From Bacteroidales bacterium (GTDB lineage: Bacteria > Bacteroidota > Bacteroidia > Bacteroidales > FEN-979): 64,000 nt of DNA. Location: contig JADGPR010000008.1 of NCBI GenBank assembly GCA_017882335.1, positions 2,268 to 66,267 of the forward strand. Reading direction: 5' to 3'. The notes beneath the pieces were generated by a model, which worked only from the letters and a program-made list of their open reading frames with translations, was not told the origin of the DNA and did no database searches. Position numbers and translations under genes: made by a program. Below, piece after piece: positions 57,686 through 64,000 of this stretch. Numbering within the stretch: position 1 is the stretch's first letter; every line of letters starts with the position of its first letter.

Positions 57686-60600
57686 ATGAGAATTAAGATC
57701 CTGATTGTTCTTTTTTTACTTCCTATAGGATTGCTGGCGGGATATCCCCACAAGGCAAATTCTGTTTTGAAGAATGGCAAATGGTTCAGGATTTCGTTGC
57801 AGAAAACAGGTATCTATCAGATCACCTACGATGATTTCGTTTCCATGGGATTCGATCCTTCTACACTCGATCCATCGAAGATCTCCGTTTTTGGTAATGG
57901 AGGCGGCATGCTCCCTGAATCAAATGCAATAGGCCGCTCCGATGACCTGATTGAGAATGCCATCCTGGTTCAGGATGGAGGAGACGGGAAACTGGATCAG
58001 GGTGATTATGTGCTCTTCTATGGAGAGTCGCCTGATACCTGGGTATTGGATTATATTACCCGTCGTTTTTCGCACCAGAAAAATCTTTATTCGGATTCGA
58101 CATTCTATTATGTAACGATTGGCCCAACTGCCGGGAAACGGGTACAGCAGGTTCCTTCCTTGACCGGTACCCCGGATACTCACTCCCTAAATTTTATGGA
58201 TCATGCATTTCATGATATCGATTCAGTCAGCCTGATACAGTCTGGAAAAACCTGGGTCGGAGAAAAATTTTCGTATAATAAAAATACCTGCAACATTTCA
58301 TTTTCATTTCCTCACCTTGATTCGATGGCAGCAGCAAGGGTGGTCACTCATGTTTTGGCTAAATCAAACCTGCCCAGTTCATTCCTGCTTACAGATCACA
58401 AAAATTTTAATCAATCCATACACATTCCCGATACCAACCCACTGAGCGGCCTCTTTGCAAAGGATAGCACGAAATCCAGTTTCCTGCTTAACCCGCATTC
58501 ACCGATGGATTTCACCCTGACCTATTTGATGAATGAATCCAATGCCAATGGCTGGCTCGATTATATCGAAGTGACCTGTCAGCGGAAGCTTACATGGTCG
58601 GGCCCTCAAATGTCATTCCGTGACCCGAATACCGTGTATATCCATATCAGTAAATTCCACATTACAGGAACAAATCCTTCAGTTGTTGTCTGGAATGTTA
58701 CCAGAAAGGGAACCCCTTCAGAGATTGTTCCTCTTACGACGGAACCAACGATGACATTCGAGGTTGCGACGGATAGCCTGCAGGAGTTTATTGGTTTCGA
58801 CGGATCTTCCTTTTACCCGGTCCACCTTTCGGGTCCGGTTGCTAACCAGGACCTTCATGGCCTGGATCCCCCGAACCTGGTTATTGTGACGCATCCTTTA
58901 TTCAGGGAACAGGCCGACAGTCTTGCCGAGTTTCACCGTACACACAACAACCTGACGGTAGAGGTGGTGGATGTGAACCAGATCTATACTGAATTCGGGT
59001 GCGGGCAAAAGGATCTTACCGCGATCCGTGATTTTATGAAAATGCTATATGATAAGGGCTATCCTGGTAATTCACCCCGTTACCTTTTGTTGTTTGGTGA
59101 TGGAACCTATGATCCGAAAAACCGCATCACCGCCAACAATAACCTGATCCCTCCCTATGAATCTAACGAGTACCTGTCCACTACAGCAACCTATGTGTCG
59201 GATGATTATTTCGGGATTTTGGGCGATGCCGAAGGATATGCCATGAACGGGTCGATCGAGATCGGCATCGGGCGGTTACCGGTGAATACAATAGAACAGG
59301 CAAAAGATGTCGTGAATAAGATCAAAAGGTATTCTTCACTCAACGATTCCACAATGGCTGATTGGAGAAATACCATCACCTTTGTTGCCGACGACCCTGA
59401 TGATAACCTTCACCTGCAGCAAGCAGAGCGACTGGCGGATACCGTTAAAAGGAAATATCCTGTTCTCAATGTAAAAAAGATCTTCAACGATGCTTACCGG
59501 TTTATCCCCTCACCCTCAGGCTTGCGTTCTCCAGATTGTGAAAAGGCAATCACCCAGGCTGTAAATGACGGAACGCTCGTATTCAGTTATACCGGCCATG
59601 GAGGTGAAGACGGATGGAGCGGAACAAAGATACTGACTGTAAAGGATATAAATGGCTGGAACAACTATTACCGCCTGCCTGTTTTTATCACCGCTACTTG
59701 CGAGTTCGGCAGGTTCGACAATCCAAACCGGCCTACCGGAGGGGAACTGGTGATAACGAAACCCAACGGCGGCGCTATTGCTATCTTTACTACTACCCGG
59801 CTGTCCTTTGCTAATACCAATATTGAGCTTGCGGCTTCCTTTTTCAGTCACCTTAAATCGGTGAACGGAGATGCCAACCAGAAAATGGGTGATCTGATGC
59901 GAATTGTAAAAAATGTTAACAGCAACAACATTCTTATGCGGAATTTTGTCCTGTTGGGTGATCCTGCTCAGGATATAGCGTTTCCGAAGCAGCAGGCAGT
60001 GACCACATTTATCAATAACCATCCTGTCGGCGCAGTTCCTGATACATTGTTAGGAATGTCAAAAGTCACGGTCAAAGGTGAGATCAGGGATGTACAGGGC
60101 AATAAGATGGGAAATTATAATGGCCTGGTTTTTCCGAAAGTATTTGATAAACCTGTAACCTACATCACAATTGGCAACACCCCGGTTAGTTATCCGCAGT
60201 CATTCAGGGTTCAAGACCGGTTACTTTTCTCCGGAAAGACTAAGGTTACCAACGGCGATTTTGAATTCACCTTTATGGTTCCAAAGGGGATCGGGCTTAC
60301 ATTTGGAAACGGGAAAATAAGTTACTATTCCCGCGATCTTCAAACCGATGCCAATGGTTTCACTTCGAACTTCATCATTGGGGGTGAGAATGCATTGGGA
60401 GATACCGTTGTCAAGGGGCCCGGGATAGCGCTGTACATGGACAACACGCGTTTTATTTCCGGTGGACGGACAGGCAGGAATCCTGTGATGCTGGCGTTTT
60501 TGAATGACCCTGCAGGGATCAACGATTTTAATCTGGGGATCGGCCATGATATCATTGCCGTGCTGGATAATGATTATAGCCATCCCATCGGGCTGAATGA

Positions 60601-61069
60601 TTATTATGAACCGGATACGAACTCTTATTCAGCAGGATCCATTCGCTATCCCTTCACTGACCTCGCAACGGGGTTTCATTCACTCCTCATGAAAGCATGG
60701 AACGTGTATGATATTTCCGCTGAAAAGGAGATCTACTTCTGGGTTTCTGACCAGCAGATTCCCTTGGTTCAACAGGTGAAGAACTTTCCAAACCCTATGC
60801 GGACAGCAACCACCTTCATGTTTTCTTCCATGAATGTAACCGGTGACGTGAATGTAGAGATCCTTATTTATACATATACCGGGCAACTGATAAAAACGAT
60901 TGAGAAAAAGATCAATGAAACAACGGCCGATACGCAGTTTATTCTATGGGATGGCAATGGGGAGAACGGGCAACCCCTGAGCAGTGGAATTTATCCATAT
61001 CGTGTAATCCTGAAAGGTTCGAACGGGAGCTTTGCCCAAGCTTCTCAAAAACTCGTAATTGTAAGATAA
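57686..61069 (+). CDS. porU: T9SS sortase PorU-like C25 peptidase, copy 2 (lacks the N-terminal domain)
   Basis: Signal peptide MRIKILIV; YTGHGG, TATCEF, LLGDPA, GIGHD, NFPNPM CTD; own TAATTTTG at 57627-57634. Confidence 0.85.
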   Translation: MRIKILIVLFLLPIGLLAGYPHKANSVLKNGKWFRISLQKTGIYQITYDDFVSMGFDPSTLDPSKISVFGNGGGMLPESNAIGRSDDLIENAILVQDGGDGKLDQGDYVLFYGESPDTWVLDYITRRFSHQKNLYSDSTFYYVTIGPTAGKRVQQVPSLTGTPDTHSLNFMDHAFHDIDSVSLIQSGKTWVGEKFSYNKNTCNISFSFPHLDSMAAARVVTHVLAKSNLPSSFLLTDHKNFNQSIHIPDTNPLSGLFAKDSTKSSFLLNPHSPMDFTLTYLMNESNANGWLDYIEVTCQRKLTWSGPQMSFRDPNTVYIHISKFHITGTNPSVVVWNVTRKGTPSEIVPLTTEPTMTFEVATDSLQEFIGFDGSSFYPVHLSGPVANQDLHGLDPPNLVIVTHPLFREQADSLAEFHRTHNNLTVEVVDVNQIYTEFGCGQKDLTAIRDFMKMLYDKGYPGNSPRYLLLFGDGTYDPKNRITANNNLIPPYESNEYLSTTATYVSDDYFGILGDAEGYAMNGSIEIGIGRLPVNTIEQAKDVVNKIKRYSSLNDSTMADWRNTITFVADDPDDNLHLQQAERLADTVKRKYPVLNVKKIFNDAYRFIPSPSGLRSPDCEKAITQAVNDGTLVFSYTGHGGEDGWSGTKILTVKDINGWNNYYRLPVFITATCEFGRFDNPNRPTGGELVITKPNGGAIAIFTTTRLSFANTNIELAASFFSHLKSVNGDANQKMGDLMRIVKNVNSNNILMRNFVLLGDPAQDIAFPKQQAVTTFINNHPVGAVPDTLLGMSKVTVKGEIRDVQGNKMGNYNGLVFPKVFDKPVTYITIGNTPVSYPQSFRVQDRLLFSGKTKVTNGDFEFTFMVPKGIGLTFGNGKISYYSRDLQTDANGFTSNFIIGGENALGDTVVKGPGIALYMDNTRFISGGRTGRNPVMLAFLNDPAGINDFNLGIGHDIIAVLDNDYSHPIGLNDYYEPDTNSYSAGSIRYPFTDLATGFHSLLMKAWNVYDISAEKEIYFWVSDQQIPLVQQVKNFPNPMRTATTFMFSSMNVTGDVNVEILIYTYTGQLIKTIEKKINETTADTQFILWDGNGENGQPLSSGIYPYRVILKGSNGSFAQASQKLVIVR

Positions 61070-61167
61070 CCCTTATTTGACCGCATTTTTTGTGATCCGG
61101 GCAATATCGGAAAAAATAATTCGTTATTTTTGCTGACTCATTATTTAACATCTTAATACAAATTCGA

Positions 61168-62349
61168 ATGCAACAAATGAAGATCCATTATTTTCTTTTT
61201 CTCGCCTGTATTCTTTTTACATCCAATGCTTTTTCCCAAAGAAACCCAATCACGACGGCAGTCCCATTTCTATTGATTGCACCGGATGCGCGCAGTGGCG
61301 GCATGGGTGATGCAGGGGTATCATCTACACCGGATGTGTATTCCATGTTTTGGAACCCTGCAAAATATGCTTTCGCCGATAAAGACTTTGGATTTGGAAT
61401 CGGCTATGTTCCCTGGTTACGCGGGTTGGTCAATGATATCGGGCTTGCTTCCGTTGCCGGTTATAAAAAATTTGGAGACAAGCAGGCCATTGCCTTTTCG
61501 CTACGGTATTTTTCAATGGGAAGTGTAACTTTCACCAATGAAACCGGGCAGGAACTCGGAGATGTGAAACCCAATGAATGGACGATTGACGCCACCTATG
61601 CCAGGAAGTTTTCCCCATCGTTTTCCGGTGCAGTTGCAGGCCGTTTTATCTATTCGAATCTGGTTCCTGTAAAATATATCGAAAATGTACGGCCCGGGAC
61701 ATCGGTTGCTGCAGATGTTTCATTGTATTACCATAAGGAATTAGCGATCAAAGGCCTTACAGCATCCTGGTTCAGTTTCGGATTGAATATTTCCAATATC
61801 GGATCGAAAATATCCTATAGCAGTTCATCAGTTACCCGTGACTTTATCCCCACAAACCTTCGCCTGGGTCCGTCATTAATCATGGATATTGATGAATACA
61901 ACAGGCTTACTATTTCGGTTGATCTGAATAAGCTCCTCGTTCCTACTCCCCCCATTTATGCAACCGACTCATCCGGCAACCCGATCAAGGGCGAGATCGC
62001 CAAGGGGAAAGATCCGAATGTATCCCCGGTTACAGGGATGATCCAGTCATTCTATGATGCACCCGGCGGGTTCAAGGAAGAATTGCAGGAATGGAACGTT
62101 TCACCTGCCATTGAATACTGGTATAACAAATTGTTCTCGATCCGGGCTGGTTATTTCTATGAAAATGTAAACAAAGGCGACCGGCAGTTCTTTACCATCG
62201 GTGCTGGATTACGTTATAATGTATTTGGTCTCGATTTTTCTTACCTGGTTCCTGTAAAGAGCAACAACCCGCTTCAGAACACGATGCAATTTACGCTTCT
62301 GTTCAACTTCGATAAAGTAGAAAACACGGATAAACAACAGTCCAAGTAA
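61168..62349 (+). CDS. porV: T9SS outer-membrane shuttle PorV
   Basis: ITTAVPFLLIAPDARSGGMGD, WNPAKYAF, PWLR, FIPTNLRLG, KLLVPTPP; porU-porV-ispF synteny. Confidence 0.93.
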   Translation: MQQMKIHYFLFLACILFTSNAFSQRNPITTAVPFLLIAPDARSGGMGDAGVSSTPDVYSMFWNPAKYAFADKDFGFGIGYVPWLRGLVNDIGLASVAGYKKFGDKQAIAFSLRYFSMGSVTFTNETGQELGDVKPNEWTIDATYARKFSPSFSGAVAGRFIYSNLVPVKYIENVRPGTSVAADVSLYYHKELAIKGLTASWFSFGLNISNIGSKISYSSSSVTRDFIPTNLRLGPSLIMDIDEYNRLTISVDLNKLLVPTPPIYATDSSGNPIKGEIAKGKDPNVSPVTGMIQSFYDAPGGFKEELQEWNVSPAIEYWYNKLFSIRAGYFYENVNKGDRQFFTIGAGLRYNVFGLDFSYLVPVKSNNPLQNTMQFTLLFNFDKVENTDKQQSK

Positions 62350-62351
62350 TA

Positions 62352-62435
62352 GTTGGCGAGCTGGCGAGTTGGAGAACTGGCGAGTAAAAATTCACCACTT
62401 CAGCTCGTCCACTCACCAACTCACCAGTTCATCAA
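62352..62435. repeat. Degenerate 8-mer arrays (GYTGGCGA)n facing (CTCACCAR)n
   Basis: Read directly; the same unit follows the parC stop at 22553-22580. Confidence 0.7.
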
Positions 62436-62441
62436 CTTATT

Positions 62442-62918
62442 ATGTCCCGTATTGGTTTAGGATTTGATACGCACAAGCTTGAAGTCAACCGTGATTTCTG
62501 GCTTGGCGGAATACAGATACCTTACGATAAAGGTGCCACCGGACATTCCGATGCCGATGTCCTTATCCATGCTATTTGCGATGCACTGCTCGGGGCAGCC
62601 GGATTAGGTGATATAGGAACACATTTCCCGGATACATCTTCTGAATTCAAAGACATCGACAGTAAGGTGCTGCTGAAACGAACCCTGAACCTGATAACGG
62701 AAAAGGGATATACCATCGGGAACCTGGATACAACCATTGTACTCCAGAATCCTAAGATCAGCTCCTATATGCCGGAAATGATTAAAACGCTTGCTGAAGT
62801 CCTGAAAACCGATGAATCCCGGATCTCTATAAAAGCCAAGACAAGCGAAAAGCTGGGATTTATCGGAAGAGAAGAAGGCCTTTCGGCGTATGCCATCGTT
62901 TTATTACAGGAATCCTGA
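62442..62918 (+). CDS. ispF: 2-C-methyl-D-erythritol 2,4-cyclodiphosphate synthase
   Basis: RIGLGFDTH, GHSDADV..HAICDALLGA, DIG.HFP, KAKTSEKLGF.GREEG. Confidence 0.96.
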   Translation: MSRIGLGFDTHKLEVNRDFWLGGIQIPYDKGATGHSDADVLIHAICDALLGAAGLGDIGTHFPDTSSEFKDIDSKVLLKRTLNLITEKGYTIGNLDTTIVLQNPKISSYMPEMIKTLAEVLKTDESRISIKAKTSEKLGFIGREEGLSAYAIVLLQES

Positions 62919-62921
62919 TCC

Positions 62922-64000
62922 TTATTTCGCACCCGTTTTCTTTTTCTTCGTATAGAAAACCACGGAAAAATCATCGATCACTACCGGCTTCTTTCCACTG
63001 TTCCAGACATAGATCTTTAAAACTTTTCCAGGAATCCTGAATTCAGGCAATGTCAGGGAGAACCTGCAATTCCTCCATTCGCCGGTTGGGTTATCAGGAA
63101 TATCATTGACGGGAAACCCCGACCAGAAATTCCCGTGCTGATCGAGGCTGTCCATGCTTAGAACAAATAGTGCTTTATCTGACGATCCTCTTATGCTGTC
63201 GCGAATCCACACGCTTCCTTCAACATAAAACACAACCGGGTATGGAGATAACTCTTTGGGCTTTATCTCAAGGGTTGCACTGTAAGGATGAAGAGAATCC
63301 AGATATCCGACGAACCTGCCTGAATGTGCGTAAGGCACTTTTTTATTAAAAGAATACTTCCATTCATCCGAAATTTCTTCAAAACCGGTGTGGTATGACT
63401 TGCAGGGATGAACCATATCCATGGTATATCCGGGAATTTCATCATTCCCGCCAAGACATTTCTGATAAATAGAATCTGTCTTGAGGAATACATACTGGTA
63501 TTTTGCCTTGTTCATACTGTAAGGATGGATGATATGACTGGTATATTGCCATGTTTGAAGAAGGTTTAAGGCTACAAATGGAAAGAGAAGAAGGAGTACC
63601 AGCGTTGTACCGGTTTTGGTTTCTTTATGGCTCAGTAAGATGGCCAGCAGGATGGCGTAAATGCCGTAATAATCGATAAAGGCCCTTGCCCCGAAACTGT
63701 TTCCATAATACCAGTTCCACCAGGAGGCGATAATATAGGTGCTGAGGATGAGGAACAAACACATGCTGAAAAATCGGAAAAGGTTATGGAATGCCAACCG
63801 GAAACATCCCAGCAGGGAGAGAAAAATCAGCGGAGTGTAAATGAAAAGTCCTTTGCGGTAACTGAAGAGCACATTGCTCATTTGAGGATGCCCGAAGATG
63901 AAGCCTTCCTCCTTGTACGACCAGATGAACCAACGTCCGGTCTGGATGTGCCATAAGATAAACTGGATACAAACTACCAGGGTGAAGGTTGCCAGGAAAA
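62922..64000 (-). CDS. Polytopic membrane protein, possibly a GT-C fold glycosyltransferase with a C-terminal soluble domain; 5' partial
   Basis: Frame open to the window edge (..WSYKEEGFIFGHPQM..); LFSYRKGLFIYTP, WWNWYYG.SFGARAF. Confidence 0.6.
   Translation of the reverse strand, partial: FLATFTLVVCIQFILWHIQTGRWFIWSYKEEGFIFGHPQMSNVLFSYRKGLFIYTPLIFLSLLGCFRLAFHNLFRFFSMCLFLILSTYIIASWWNWYYGNSFGARAFIDYYGIYAILLAILLSHKETKTGTTLVLLLLFPFVALNLLQTWQYTSHIIHPYSMNKAKYQYVFLKTDSIYQKCLGGNDEIPGYTMDMVHPCKSYHTGFEEISDEWKYSFNKKVPYAHSGRFVGYLDSLHPYSATLEIKPKELSPYPVVFYVEGSVWIRDSIRGSSDKALFVLSMDSLDQHGNFWSGFPVNDIPDNPTGEWRNCRFSLTLPEFRIPGKVLKIYVWNSGKKPVVIDDFSVVFYTKKKKTGAK

Overview
Chromosomal window from an anaerobic Bacteroidota, most likely Bacteroidales. 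This is supported by TAnnTTTG promoters, the porP-gldJ-murF / porU-porV-ispF type IX secretion synteny, tsaD-tamB and a Bacteroidetes-type parC. About 46 CDS and one tRNA-Arg(TCT) are present. I saw no CRISPR, prophage or IS. Main blocks: acyl-CoA and transketolase metabolism, kup, peptidoglycan recycling (NagZ fusion, AnmK, AmgK-RapZ fusion, MurU), a tungsten/molybdopterin island (moaA, moeA, wtpABC, mini-ModE, pruA, aor, thiF/thiS) and T9SS genes with two tandem porU. Strongest second-look signals: (1) a small GIY-YIG nuclease gene between a duplicated 5' half of tRNA-Arg and the intact tRNA, with its stop codon inside the tRNA D-loop; (2) a 20-bp palindrome that appears inserted without target duplication at three sites, two of them flanking that nuclease; (3) two 24-bp ModE-type operators suggesting a tungsten regulon that may include pruA; (4) REP-like and heptamer repeat families that bracket parC or supply coding sequence; (5) a beta-clamp-like motif at the ParC C-terminus. 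Gene calls come from motif recognition only; no database searches were run.
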